Shown piece after piece: positions 12,990-27,733 of a DNA stretch of 64,000 nt. Position numbers and translations under genes: made by a program. Positions within the stretch are counted from its first letter, which is position 1. Every line of letters starts with the position of its first letter. This stretch comes from the human T2T-CHM13v2.0 reference genome, Homo sapiens. The stretch lies in assembly GCF_009914755.1 (NCBI RefSeq), contig NC_060935.1. One strand, given 5' to 3'. The notes beneath the pieces are model-generated. The model did not search any database. It saw only the letters and a list, made by a program, of their open reading frames with translations, and was not told the origin of the DNA.

Positions 12990-14965
12990 TTGATGACTAT
13001 TTCATACCCTTCCCTCTTTCCCCAAACTTCCAACACCTCCTCTTCCCATCATTCTCAGCTGACGGCCTTGCTTTCTCCCATGATTGGGACTAGAGAAGCA
13101 ATTAGTAGGGAATTTCCACAAGCTCCATCACATGTGGCCACTCATCTACATCTGGATCCATCTATTTGGCCTTCCCTATTGTTCTTATACACTCTCCCTG
13201 TCTTACTTTATCTAAGGTCAACATCTCCACTCCACTTATGCACTAGATCCTGGCATTACACCAGCAATCCTCTCCTCTCTGTCTTGCAGCATCAATTTTT
13301 TCCTTCTCTACTACATAATTCCCATCTGCATACAAATGTGTTCATTTTCTCCCATCTTAAAAAGAAAAGCCACCAGTGACATTGCCCTCCACGTATTGCC
13401 TGTCTCTCTGCATCCCTTCACAGCACAAGTCCTTGAAAGAGTTGTTTATGCCCACTGCCTCCAATGCATCTTTCTGCAATCTTTCTTGACCCCACCCCAG
13501 ACAAGTTTTCATTCCCACTATTCCACTGAAGATCCTTTTGCCAAGGTCACCAATGACCTCCATATTCCCAAATCATCCAATAATCAATTATCAGCTCTCA
13601 TTTTACTTCACCTGACTCCACAGCAAATGACACAGTTGATCACTCTCTTTTCCTAGAAATAATTCTCCACTTGACTCCCAGGATACCAAAATCTCCTGGT
13701 TTTCTTCCTATCTCACTAGCCGCTCTTTCTTAGCCTCTTTACTAATAATTCCTCTTCATCTCCCCATCCTAGAAATCTTGGAGGGCCCAGGTTCTGTCCT
13801 CTGACCCCTTCCCTATCTACATTCATTTCCCTGGAGGAAATGTCTGTTATCAGTCTCTATCTGCTAATGGCTCCTAAATCTCTATCTCCAGTCTAGACCT
13901 CTCTTCTCAACTCCACACCCACAACTGCCTACTCCACATCTCCACTTGGAAGTTTAATAAGTATTTCAAACTTAATATGTCCAAACCCAACTTCTGTTCT
14001 TCCTCCTAAAGTTTGATTCACCCACAGACTTCCACATATTAGCAAATGGTAACTCTATTCTACCAGTTGCCCAAGTCAAGAATCTTGGAACTACCCTTGA
14101 GTCCTCTCATTTTTTCATATATAAATGCAGAAGCAGTAAATCCTTCTGGCTTTACCTTCAAACTATAATCAGAATACAACCACTCCTCACCACCTCCACC
14201 ACCACCACCCTGGTCCAAACTACCAGCATCTTCAGCTACCTGGATTAATGCAAATGCCTCCTACTTGGACTCTCTGATTCTGTCATTGCTCGTTACCACC
14301 CATTCTCAACACAAAAGCCAGAGTAATACTTTTTAAACAGACATAAGTTGATACTGCTTCTCTTCCCAAACCCTCCAATGGATTCCATTTCATTGAGTAG
14401 AAGTCCAGGTCATTAAAATCATCTATAAGGTTCTGTAAGATCTAGCTGCTGCGTTACTTCTCTGATGTCAACAAATAGTATTCTTTGCCTTGCTGTCTTC
14501 ATTTCTGCCATACTGCCCCCTTGCTACTCCAAGAATATGCCAATCATGGCCCCTCCTCAGAGCCTTTGCACCAGTCACTTCTTCTGCCTGAAACGCTCCT
14601 CCACAATAGCCATATGGCTTGCTTCTCTTAGGTGTTTGCTTGAGTATCTTCTCACTGAGGTTGTCCCTAACCTATTAAATGTCACACCCCCATCCAGCCA
14701 TCCCATCCCCCTTTTCTGCTTTTTTCTCCATATCATTAAGTACCATCTCATATACTATATATTTTACTTATTTTTAAAAACTTTGTGAGTATTTGTACCC
14801 CAATTCAACAGAGTCTTAGAGGATGAGAAAGTTTTCCAGGCAAAGAACATTCAGTTCTCGGAGGGCAGGAATTTTTCTCAGTTTTGTTCACTGCTGGTTC
14901 CTAAGCACCTAGAACAGTACATATGGCACGTGACAGATGCTCAACAAATCACTGTTGAATGGATT
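12990..14965 (+). mobile_element. Long L2 relic
   Basis: Pyrimidine-rich L2 motifs (gccaaggtcaccaatgacctcc); L2 3' end ...gctcaacaaat...gttgaatg. Confidence 0.75.
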
Positions 14966-15837
14966 AATATCTGAAATGTGGATAATAACCGTATGAACAT
15001 TAACTTATTTTGCGTTCTTAAAAATATCCGAGCCTCCAAAGGTTGGTATTAGGTCCTCTGCACTGGCATTACCAACCTTTCTCTCATCTTCCCTATGATA
15101 CTCAAGTGCATGAGACAAAGAAAAACAAAAAACACTGCAATTAGTCATCGAGCCAAGTGTGAGCTTGGCAATAAGTAAACAGGAGGCAATGACAGGTATG
15201 TATCATATGAGATCAGAAGTTCTTTGTGACCTGTTTCCAACTGCACCACATCAGAGAGTCTTCCCTCCTGCTGGGATCCTAGGACACCCACCCCAGCCTC
15301 CTAATTGGACTCTCTGATTCTGTCATTAGTCACAGTGAGTACTCAAAGCAGGAGGGATGACAGCCTTTTGACATTTAAATCAAAACTTGGGCCTTCCAGG
15401 GTGGTATTTCTTATTGATAAAAGACATCAAGTTACCTAAAAGGTTATATCAACCTAACTCCCTGAAAAATACTACAGCTCAGTAGAAAAGTTAAATTCAG
15501 GGTCGAGTCCAGCCAGTCGAAGTCTCCTAGTATGAATTCAGTGGCATAGGACACTCCTGTTTTGGGATTTTCTGTCAGTCAGCAGAAACTACTCTACGTG
15601 GCCCCCTTCCCTAACCTAAGACCACTGCTCTACGCCCACGAGACAGGAAACAAAATCTTGGTTAGAATTGGTAGGGGTCCCCTGAGTCCAAAATGCTTTG
15701 GGGAAAGATGCTGGTTCATATCTTGCTTGGACCTACCTGCATATCCTCTGCTGCCTCTGAGGGCATAGGATGGATCCTCTTAGGTAAGCAGGAAAGTGGG
15801 ACATCAACAGTAAGCAGAAGGAATGGCATGCACTTAC

Positions 15838-15901
15838 CAGGCACTCAGCGCAACGGACACAAAGCCTCGCCATACACGCCTCTTCCTCCTCCTGATCAGT
15901 G
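15838..15901 (-). CDS. MPZL3: MPZL3 exon 5 (TDQEEEEACMARLCVRCAECL)
   Basis: AG 15902-15903; GTAAGT 15832-15837; 64 nt in the correct phase. Confidence 0.96.
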
Positions 15902-16088
15902 CTGTAAAAAGAGGACAAACCAAATCTGAATCACCACTATCCTCAATAGAGTAGAGCAGTTGAAAGTACAGGTGTTGAAATCAGACAGGTCTGGTTTTAG
16001 ATTCCAGTTCTTCCACTCACTAGCTGGGTGACTGGGCAAATTGTTTAAGCCCCAGAAGCCTGTTTCCTCATCTATAAAATGCACATAT

Positions 16089-16417
<329 letters not shown>

Positions 16418-17103
16418 TTAAAGCACAGTTGTTAGGAATAAATAAAAAATAAATACATGTGAAACACATACCATAGTGCCTGGCACATAATAAATGCTCA
16501 ATAAATTATCCCTCATTCAGAAGTGTACTGAGCACTGACAAAGTCTGAGCATTGTGCTAGCCTAGAGGTAAAAAGATAAATAAAACTTGAGCCTGTGAAG
16601 GGCTCATGATGGGGGTGAGAGACCTGTTAAAACTTAACAAATATGTTATAATGCAGTGTGATAAGTGTTTTAATAGAGTTAACATCAAACTGCTGCAGCA
16701 GCAAAGAGTGAGGAGTGACTAATTGTCCCCTGAGGTCTCAGGGAAACTCAAGAGAAGGGGCTATTTCAGCTGGGTCTTGGAGGATAAGAAAGAGTTTCCA
16801 GGCAAACAAGAGAAGGAAAGAGGGCATTCCCAGCAAGTCAAAAGGAGGGGTCTTAGAGGATGAGAATGAGTTAGGAAAAATATACGAATGAAGTATAGTA
16901 TGTTAGGGCACATAAATAAGTTCATGGCAGCTGGGACGTGGGGAGATGTCAGGGAACAATGTGACTTAGAGTAAAATCATAAGGGGTTTTGGATACCATG
17001 CTTAGAAATAGACATTAGCATTTTTACCAAGAGTTCTTTGTCTTTTTTGAGCCACAGATTCCTTGGAAATGGCACAGGGTGCTCTCTTATCATTAAATAA
17101 ATG

Positions 17104-17138
17104 CACACACACACACACACATACACACACACACACAC
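17104..17138. repeat. (CA)n microsatellite
   Basis: Visible directly. Confidence 0.95.
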
Positions 17139-17803
17139 AGAGAGATTGAATTTTGGACCTTCTCAATGTAAGACTCCCCTCCCCTGACATAGATAATGGA
17201 GAAAAGGGGTTTTACGTAGATTTTTGTTTTGATTTCCTTTTACTACATTTATTTTTAGGGAATTTACTAGATCATGCCTGCTTACTGGCAGAATAATGTT
17301 TAATAAATCTTTTTAATAACCACGATCCATGTAGCCCCTCCCTTCAGAATATATGCGGACCAAGAATAGATCTCGCTTATTCAAATCGCTTTTGCCCTCC
17401 ACAGCTATTCTTAAAGCCTCTCTCATTGCTCAGGCATTTTCTGTCAGGAGACATCATCAGCTCAGTGCCAAATACAAGGTGAAGGAAAAATAATTGACCT
17501 GGAATTGAAAGAATGAAACATTGACTTCAGAATTTATTCAGACCATGGCACTGTACAATCTGATTTCCAAAGCAGAAGACTAGGACCATATATCAACTCC
17601 CCCATCTCTCTCCAAATTAATATTCACACACATCACTTTCAACCTTCCTTTTGGCGCCCCTTAGCAGAACTATTCTCTTTGAAAAGAAAGTTCACCAGCA
17701 GAACTAAACTCGGTCCAGAAGAAAGGAAGGTGTGGATGTGGGGGTCTGGGTAGAGCGCTAAGGAGGAAACAGGCTTGCTGCCCAGGGCTCCTGCTGGACT
17801 TAC

Positions 17804-17969
17804 TCATCGGAAACCTCAATAGATGACTTCTTATAGCCAGACCTGCTCCTCTTCTTCAGCCCAGCAGCCTTCCTCCCCATTCTCACCAGCAGCAGAGCAA
17901 CCACCACGGCTGAGGGCACAAAGACAAGGATGGAAAGAAGGGCCACAGAGGAAAGCATGGTGCCAAAAC
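17804..17969 (-). CDS. MPZL3: MPZL3 exon 4 (transmembrane helix and basic juxtamembrane segment)
   Basis: GFGTMLSSVALLSILVFVPSAVVVALLLVRMGRKAAGLKKRSRSGYKKSSIEVSD; canonical AG/GT; 166 nt. Confidence 0.96.
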
Positions 17970-18641
17970 CTAGAGGCGGAGAAAGAGAAGGTAAAAGACA
18001 GGGACATGCAAATATGCCTCCTGCGACATGAGCAACTAGGTTCTACTTTTGCTCTTATATTTCTTCTGATTACAAAAGTAATAAATCATTGTGTGAAAGG
18101 TAGAAAATACACAAAAGTACAATGAAGAATAAAAATGTACCGATAATCCCACTACCTAGGAAGAACACTTTGGTATCTACCCATTTAATCTTCTTCTAGG
18201 GGTATCGGGTATGGGGTGCAAGGAGGGCATATATATTTTTAAGTATGGATCATATATTATATATTATTTTAACCTCCTTTTTTACTTATAATATGATAAA
18301 TATTTAACAATTCCTTCCAGATGTGATGTGTAATCGCTGCATAGCATTCTATCACATTGAATAATTTATAGAACTAATCCTCTAATGCTGGACATTCAAG
18401 TTGGTTCGAATTCTTAGAATCTACAAGTCACATTAGGATAGCCAGGCTTGTACATAAATCTTCATCTTTAGCTCTAATTCCTTAAGATGAAATTTACAAT
18501 GGAATTACTAGATCAAAGGGCCTATATTTTTAAGGCACTAATTCATACTACCAAACTGCCTTCCAGCAAAACTGTATCATTTTATTCTTCTGCCAGCAGT
18601 ATGAATGTGCTCATCTTTGAAACCTACAAGTTATTACCTTT

Positions 18642-18800
18642 AAAAGAAAAAAGAAAGAGAGAGACAGAAAGCAAGAAAGAGAAAGAGAAGGAAGAAATGA
18701 GACAGGGAGAGAGGAAGGGAAGGAGAAAGGAAGGGAAGATGAGAAGGAAGAAGGAAGGAAGGGAGGGAGAGAAGGAGGAAAAGAGCAAGGGAGAGAAACT
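18642..18800. repeat. GA-rich low-complexity tract
   Basis: About 160 bp of nearly pure purines on +. Confidence 0.9.
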
Positions 18801-19429
18801 TGAGAAAGACTTGAGAAATGATGACGAATCTATAATGACCCATAATGTACCTCTAAATCTTTAGCTCAAATCCAATTAAGGACTAGCATGACCACTTAAT
18901 CGTCATCAGGGAATAACATAGAAAAAAAAATCAGTCCTTAATCTACTCTTCTCCTGTTTCACACTAAAGGGAAACTACTGTTCTTTGCAGCATAAAAGAA
19001 AAGCACTACCTCTCAACGTTAGAGGGGGTACCCTTTCAAGACACAGGCAAGAACACTATGCCATAACTGGGAGTATGAACATGCTAGGAAAACTGGAATG
19101 ACTTCTATTTCACAGAGATAACAACCCTATATTTACTCAGGGGTTTTCCGTGCATTCCACAAGAACTTTGGTCACCTAAAGTTAAAATTAAAAAAAGGGT
19201 AATGGAGAAACTATGACAAAATTTGGAGAGAAAATTCAGTTTTCAAAATAAAGATTAAAAATTCACCCCAACATACATATTGGGATGGCAGAAAAATTAC
19301 TTCGATTCAATGATTTAATGACCCAACTGGCTTACAAAGATAGACAGCTTTGTTTATCATCGAGCTCTCCAGAAAGCACCACAGCAGTCACAGAGCACTG
19401 CAGAAGAAGGTTGGTGGCAATGAGCTTAC

Positions 19430-19640
19430 CCCTTTCTGTGACTGTTAGCTCTGTCATGGGAATATTATGGTGCACATCTGGGGGATTCTTCACAGCACAG
19501 CTGAATGTCCCATTGTCCTTTATGGTAGGGTTGCTTATACTTATAGATGCATCCCCTTTGTATACATTTCCAACCCAGGAAATCCGATCCCGAAATGTGC
19601 CTGCTGTGGTTGGGTACTGGAAAGACTGATAATGAAATAT
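19430..19640 (-). CDS. MPZL3: MPZL3 exon 3 (second half of IgV domain)
   Basis: IFHYQSFQYPTTAGTFRDRISWVGNVYKGDASISISNPTIKDNGTFSCAVKNPPDV...; 211 nt; AG/GT. Confidence 0.97.
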
Positions 19641-19886
19641 CTAAGAAAGCAACACCATGAGAGAAAAAGTTAACTTGGAAAATGCAATGAAAATATAAAG
19701 CTCAGTAGGTCCAAAATAAAATACAACTGTATAATGGTGTGTTTTTTTTCAGTTGGGCAACTTTTTATGCTTTTTTAACCTCCATCCTATAGGTTAATAA
19801 AACTGATCAGAAAAAGGCCCGATGAGAGACTTCTGGGATCCTAACCCTTGAATCTCTTCTAAATTCTCCCTGGAACCCTAAAATAA

Positions 19887-20097
19887 TAGTTCTCAACCAG
19901 AGGCAATTTCACCCTCCAAGAGATATTGGCAATATCTGAAGACATTTTTGATTGTCACAACTGGGGAGATGCTACCGGCATCTAGTGGGTAGGGGACGGG
20001 AATGCTACTAAACATCCTACCATGCACAGGACAGCACCCACAGCAAAGAATTATCTGGCTCAAAATGTCAACAGTGCCAAAGTTGGGAAACTTTGTT
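19887..20097. mobile_element. MER20-like hAT MITE
   Basis: Termini tagttctcaacc...gttgggaaact; internal ggcatctagtgggtag. Confidence 0.8.
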
Positions 20098-20209
20098 CTA
20101 AAGTAGCATCTCGTATTTGAATAGCACTCTATAGTTTGCAAATAATTTCCACACATTTACTCACTTGAGCCTCATGACTACACTGAACTACATGAGGCAG
20201 GTATAATTA

Positions 20210-20656
<447 letters not shown>

Positions 20657-22589
20657 TCAGCCTCTCTCAAGTTATCTATCTTGACAATTAATATAATCCC
20701 TAAGTCTAATACCTGATAAGTACTCAGTGAATATATGTTGAATTAAAATAATGCTGCCTAAGACTTGATCAGACACTTCATCACCAAAAGCCTAATTATC
20801 AGACACTTATCAAAAGCCTTGATTAGACACTTCATCACCAAAAGCCTAATTATACCTGGGGCAGGCCAGGCAGGTATTACAATATAATATGACTTATGCA
20901 ATATGGCTTATGCAAAATACAGGCTTTCCTCTTTCTTTGTTACTTGGTACCTTCCCATTTAGGAACCTGGGTGTTTACAACCACTGAATTGCCCAATTTT
21001 GAAAAGCAACTTCCCAGAAAAGATGCTGACTCACTTATTCATTCATTTGTTCATGCATTTATTCAACAAATATTTGGTGCAGATCTCTAATGTGCTAGGC
21101 ATTGTTAAGCAAAAGGATATGGTGGGAGCCACGCAGGCATAGTCCCTACTCTCACGGAACTTACATTTTAGTGATAAAGACAGATAATGAGAAATAATAA
21201 GTGTGTTGAACATTTCAAAGGGGGAGGTAAAGAATCCCTACCACTAATTATCAGCATCAGTGTAAAAGAGTTTGAAACTCCTTATTGACAAAACACGGCC
21301 CACTGTGTATCCTCGAGATTAGTCTAGCCCATGAATTCAATGTTAAGTTCATGAAACTCATATCCCTTGCAAATTGATTAATCTGACACAATCCTGATTG
21401 ACTAACCCCATGACTGCAACATCATGTTATGTAACTTTAATTCCAACTTGTATGAGTTTGTTGATTTTCTGACCAGCCTTGCAGAGAGCAGCACTAGGAG
21501 AGAGCTGCTGTTTCTGACCCAGGAAGCTCCCCATTGCTTGCTCTGTCCTACTTTTTACCAAGGAGGCAGAGCCAAATAAGGCCAGCCACAGTTTCCTGAC
21601 CACTCAGAATCAAGTGAACTATTTCAAGTCTGAAAAAAAAGTGGGAGGGGAGCATGAATACAGCCTAGCTTCTTTCACTGGAGTCCCCTACCTAGCCTCA
21701 AGCTATGTGGCATTCTATAATGGCTCCTAACACAGAATGCAAAGCTTATTTATACATGAAAGTCAAAGAGGACATTTTTCCAGTGAAGGAAATGGGATAA
21801 ATAAATTAACAATACTTTAAAAAATACAATCTTCCATACAGCTATGACATTCACATTCTTGAATATCATCTATCCTGAGCTAAGGATACTGCTGGAAGCT
21901 TAAAGAGAAAAAAATTTTATAGCATTTTAATCTTCAATTAGACACCTACAATGAAACTTGGACCATAAATGTGTTTTATATGTGTGACTAATATACCTCA
22001 ATAAGGTATATTGCTTCCAATATTGCAAGACCATCTGTCACCAACATCTGTCACCAACACGAGGTGCCACCATTTCCTTCAAAGGCAGCCATATAAATCA
22101 ATGCAGATGTTTATACACTGGGAGAAAGTGCCAAGATAACTCCACAAAGCGCAAATATGCAAACAGATACACCCATTGAGACAACTTAATATGACAGAAA
22201 ATGAGCAGCCTTAAGAGAAAGGATGTCCATGACTGGACCCATAGAATTTTTCTATTCAATAGTCCTGAAGGTACCCTTTTTAGTACATTAAATCTGAAAA
22301 TGAAGCTATGAAATAATGCAAAAAGAAACAACAAAGAGGAAACAAAATTAAACCACATTTCCTCTGAGTTTCTGACAGCTTTTTTCCTGCAGCTTATTTA
22401 CAGAATTCTTACGTGGGGCCCTGCGTGACCAAATGAATGTCATATAGGATAAAAGTTCATCTATCTCTATTAAAGTAGAAGCCCATCTTCTACTCTAAGA
22501 TGAGATGGCCTCAGGCATGCCTATGATTTGCAGTAAAACAATTCCAAAACTGTTGACCAAAGGAACATTCCGAAAAAGTACACACTTAC

Positions 22590-22756
22590 TGATACTGTGT
22601 GGCTGCTGCTGGGAGGGCGATATGTCCAGTCTATAGTAAGCTTGTCAGTGACATCTGAAGTTGACTTGAAAGTGCATTTCAACTTGATCTTTTCTCCAAC
22701 ATAACCTCGGACATGGGCATCTGCACGAATCTCCAAGGAAAAGACGATATAAACAC
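22590..22756 (-). CDS. MPZL3: MPZL3 exon 2 (first half of IgV domain)
   Basis: VYIVFSLEIRADAHVRGYVGEKIKLKCTFKSTSDVTDKLTIDWTYRPPSSSHTVS; 167 nt; AG/GT. Confidence 0.97.
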
Positions 22757-23110
22757 CTAATCAAAGCAAACCCAAACACTTAAAATGCATTCATGTGGGT
22801 GGAATATACAGATGTGAGTGAACAATTATTTTTAGAGCCCTCATCAAAAAGCCAGAGCAATAAATATTAACAACTATCTTCTCAGGCAAGCCCACAAGGG
22901 ACAAGGAGTTGATATCTGCATTAATCAAAGATAGCATTTTTCAATCATTTTCTAATCTTAAATCACAACTGAATGCTTGTGTAAAAATTTAAAATCTGGT
23001 CACACCAGCATTTTCCCGAATACAGGCTTGTGGTTCAATTAAGTACAAACAATGGGTCTGCCCATGGCTGGCTAAAAGGCAACATCACCCATCCCCTTCC
23101 ATCCCCCGCA

Positions 23111-23111
<1 letters not shown>

Positions 23112-23152
<41 letters not shown>
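23112..23152. repeat. (CA)n microsatellite
   Basis: About 20 perfect units. Confidence 0.95.
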
Positions 23153-23156
<4 letters not shown>

Positions 23157-25857
23157 CTGGGAATATGGCAGCTTTTGTGGTCTAAGGGACTTACCCCAAG
23201 TATAGCATGGTTGCATCATGAAGCTACCATTGCCTCATCAACAGCAAAATGAGAATAGGAAGTAAGAATGGGAGAATTTATTTCAAATAATTTTCTAAAA
23301 CTGCCCCCAAGGTACTATCTAGTTTTTCCCTTTTTCTTAAAGCTGGCTGAGGAATCACACATCCATTAAAAGTAAATCATGGAGAAGAAAACAGAATAGG
23401 TAAATGCATTCTAGCAAGTAAAAATAAGGTACCATTTTAAAACCCACTAGAGACTTACGTCTTCCAAAACCACTCATTTATCCAACTCTGACACTTCATC
23501 TCTCTGAAAAGGGCTGGCACTTTGTTCTAACCAGTTCCTTCTGCTTTCAGAGAACAAAAACTTATCTTTCCCTACAGGGGCATATTTTAGGAAATGACAT
23601 TGCCAGTACTTTGTTCTTCCTGCTTCCTTATCTACCTCAAGAAGCCATGAATCTTCTGCTGGCCAAGATAAACAGAGCAGCAAGATTTCAGAAAAGTGCA
23701 AACCCACACGCTGTCCTGAAAATCGGCAGTGCTTCTGGTACAGGCAGAATGGTGTTGTGATTGAGCACGCAGGCCACGGCTCCTACACCAGAGGGTCTGG
23801 GTTCAAATCCCGGCCCTGTCACCTGCTGGCTCTGCAGCCTTAGTAAGTTACCGTACTTCTTCAGTCTTCTCAGCCTCATGGGAATGATAATAACAGTACT
23901 TACCTCAGAAGGCCACTGTGAGGATTAAAAGAGTTAAAACACATACAACACTAAGAAGCCTACCCGAACCAGAGTAAGTGCTCAGTGCGTGTTAGACAGT
24001 GTCATTGTCATTATTGCCACCTCTTCAGTCCTGCCCACACACTCTCAACCTTTCCTGTCACAGTTATGAGTCATCAGTTCCACTGCCTTTACCTCTGCCA
24101 GCTTTGAATCATTTTTCTTGCTCCTCTCTAGACAATCCAGTCTGTTGACATTCCTTTTAAAAGGAGGAGACCAAAACTGAACCCACTAATAAGAACTCAT
24201 AAGAATCTGACCCTCCCAAAGATGAAGATTACTTCTGGTCTGCCTATGGCACCCTTTCCGACTTTGCCATGCTAAACCTGTCCTGCCTTCTGTGCCTTTG
24301 CAAATGCTGTCCCTCTGCTGGAAAGCTTTTATCCCTCAGTCCCCACTTTCTTAGGCCCTCAATCCTGACCCATCACTGTAAGAAAATCCTTATTCATCAC
24401 TCAAGATCTAGCTCTAAAAACTGGAAGGTGGAAATGAATGGACAATCTACACTCTCCCCATGTCCATTCCTTTATCCTAAAACATAAGTATAATATAGAG
24501 ATTTGAAATACAGATTTAGAATTAGCCAAAGCTGGACTTGAGTTCTAGCTCAGCTACTTTCTGGTTGTGAGACCGTGATCTCGGTTACCTAACCAGTTCA
24601 AGCTTCAATGTCTTCACTTGGAAAATGGGAATAATAACAAGATCTACTTCACTGGATCACTCTGAAGAGCCACTACAATCAAAAAAGAAAATTTTTCATT
24701 ATGATCATGTTGTTCATTTCACAACATGAAACGCTTGGCACAGCATCTGGAATAATAACTTTAATAAACATTAGCTATTATTATTAAAATGAACACCACA
24801 CATATTCAAAAACTTTCAGTAATTTCCTATTGGACTACAAAATAAAATTCAGAGAGTGGCAATCTAGCCCTAAACTTCTGTCACTGCATCCCATCTACCT
24901 TCCCAATCCCTTCATCATTACTTGAATGTCCTGCCATGTCCCACATGTACTGTGTCCTTTCATGCCACTGAGCCTTTCTTTGAACAGGTCTCTGTCTGAA
25001 AGGCTCTCCCCACCTCTAATAATCCTGCCTGGGTTGTTCCCCACCACACCATATCCCAACATTCACACACCTTCAAATTCCAGCTCAAATATCGGCCCCC
25101 TTTGCGGTGCCTTCCCAAATTCCCTGATGCGGTTCATCGCCCTTTCTCCTCCTAACACTAGGTACATAATCCTGCACAGGCACAGATGCCATCGATTGCA
25201 CCTAGTTACAAAGGCTATTCCTCTATTAAATGTCAGCACCTTCAGGGCAAAAATTCAGAGGGAGGGGAGCAGGCAGAGGGACACGGAGAGAAACAGGTGG
25301 ACAGGTCACCAGAAATTCTAGTATAGGAACAAAGCATGCTTGTAAATCACCCACTTTATTCCTATCACCTTTTTTATAGTACATGCAATACTCTTAACTC
25401 CCCTACACTCCTATCTTTCCATTGCACCCTTTCAGAAAAAGCTCAGCTCTAGACGACCAGACTAGGCTAGTTGTGAACAAGAAAAATCACACGACTGGAC
25501 AATTACCATAAGAAATGCGTGAATATCTCCCACAGCTGAGTCCTCAACGAGGCCTGGCAAACCTTTAACTGGCCTTGCTTAGCTTCCCATTCCATGATTC
25601 CTCAAGCCCTTGTCATTCTCCCTTAGTCCTCCATGCAACCTCCAAACCCCTCATTCTCAGAAGAAAATGTTACCTCTTACATCGTCATGAAACTCGAGGC
25701 CATATAAACGGCCCAGGCACACACATTCCTGCATCTGCTCCCATCCTTACTTCCAACCTGAAAGGATGTGGTGTCCCTTTTCCTATGCGAGGCCAGGTCC
25801 TCTGCTCTGCCTGGATTCATCCCCTCCATTCCCTGCTTTAGCAGAAAAACCTCTCTA

Positions 25858-26162
<305 letters not shown>

Positions 26163-27165
26163 CTACTGCCTTCAACCCCTCCCCTTCAGCCTCTAAATAC
26201 ACAGGTTTCTCCCATCCTTAAAAACAAATAGAAATTTTAAAAAATCTTTCTTTAACGCTGTAATATTACTCTAGTTACCAACTACTGCCCTTTCTCTCCT
26301 TTCTAAGCCAAGTTTGTGAAAGAGTGGTCTACACTTGAGGTCTCCATTTCCTTCTTCCCATTCACTTATGGACCTTATGGTACAACTGAACTCCACTACC
26401 ACTTCTGGTAAAAGGCATCATATATCTTAAAATTGTAAAATCCGAGGGATAAAAACCCCAGTAGACACCTTTCTATACTTATTTTACTGGGTCCTCTACC
26501 AGTGACTCATTGCTCCTTGAACTTCTCTATCCCAAAGCTTGCATGACAGTGCTCTCATTCATTCACTCATTCTTCAAACATACATTTCTTGAGCATCTCT
26601 TTTGTGCCATCCTCTGGGTTTGGAATTAAATGCAAGCAAAATAAATACACTCCCTTGTATACTTGAAATACAGCAGAAGTTTGATACATTAATTAAGTAA
26701 TCATAAAGACAAATGCATAATTAACAAACTTGGATAACTACTATGAAGGAAGGAAAAAGAAAGTGGCTATGGGTACGGCCCCTGTTATGATGGGGGAGAG
26801 GAGAGTGGTTAATGAAAGCTTCCCTGGAAGTTACTCTTGAGCTAAGATCTGAAGAAAAAGGTAACAAGGTGAGGAGAGGGAGGGCATTCTAGGCAGAAGA
26901 CACAGCACATGCAAAGGTCCTGCACCAGGAAGGAGCTCAGTCAGTCAAGGAGCTGAAAAGGAGTATGACTGCAACACAAAAAAACACGAAAGGGAGAGAA
27001 AATAGAATGAGATGTGGCTGGGAGGTAAACAAAAAACAGACCAGGCAGGACCTTACAGATTTGGGTCCTCATCCTTAGTGTAATAGGAAGCCATGGAAAG
27101 TACTTAACTGTGGGACTGGGCAAGAAGAGACCTGATGAAATCTGCATTCTTAAAAGATCACTTTA

Positions 27166-27465
27166 GGCTGGGCGCGGTGGCCCACGCCTGTAATCCCAGC
27201 ACTTTGGGAGGCCGAGGCGGGTGGATCACGAGTTCAGGAGATCGAGACCATCCTGGCTAACACGGTGAAACCCCGTCTCTACTAAAAATACAAAAAATTA
27301 GTGGGGCGTGGTGGCAGGTGCCTGTAATCCCAGCTACTCAGGAGGCTGAGGCAGGATAATGGCATGAACCTGGGAGGCAGAGCTTGCCGTGAGCCGAAAT
27401 CGCACCACTACACTCCAGCCTGGGCAACAAAGCAAGACTCCATCTCAAAAAAAGAAGAAAAAAAA
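27166..27465 (+). mobile_element. Alu (AluY/Sc-like) inside an L2
   Basis: Diagnostic gagatcgagaccatcctggctaacacgg; TSD aaaagatcacttta. Confidence 0.92.
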
Positions 27466-27518
27466 GATCACTTTAGAGAAGACACTTACAAGGAATCAAG
27501 AGTGAATATGGGTAAATT

Positions 27519-27733
27519 CAGCATGTTGGCAGGCCAAGGTGGGTGGATCACCTGAGGTCAGGAGTTCGAGACCAGCCTGGCCAACATGGCGAAACCCCGT
27601 CTCTACTAAAAATGAAAAATTAGCCAGGCGTGGTGGTGGGAGGCAGAGGTTGCGGTGAGCCAAGATCGCACCACTGCACTCCAGCTTGGGCAATAGAGCA
27701 AGACTTCGTCTCTTAAAGAAAAAAAAGAAAAAG
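27519..27733 (+). mobile_element. 5'-truncated, internally deleted Alu
   Basis: Left arm jumps from ggtggtggg to aggcagagg; TSD gagtgaatatggg(t/g)aaatt. Confidence 0.85.

Noticed and set aside
18487-18864. 125-aa K/E/R-rich ORF
   Set aside because: Product of the GA-rich low-complexity tract in an intron.
20764-20853. CRISPR-like repeat-spacer appearance
   Set aside because: Eukaryotic intron, only 2-3 units, and the spacer is itself repeat-derived.
22032-22057. 13-bp tandem duplication (catctgtcaccaa)x2
   Set aside because: Ordinary slippage duplication.
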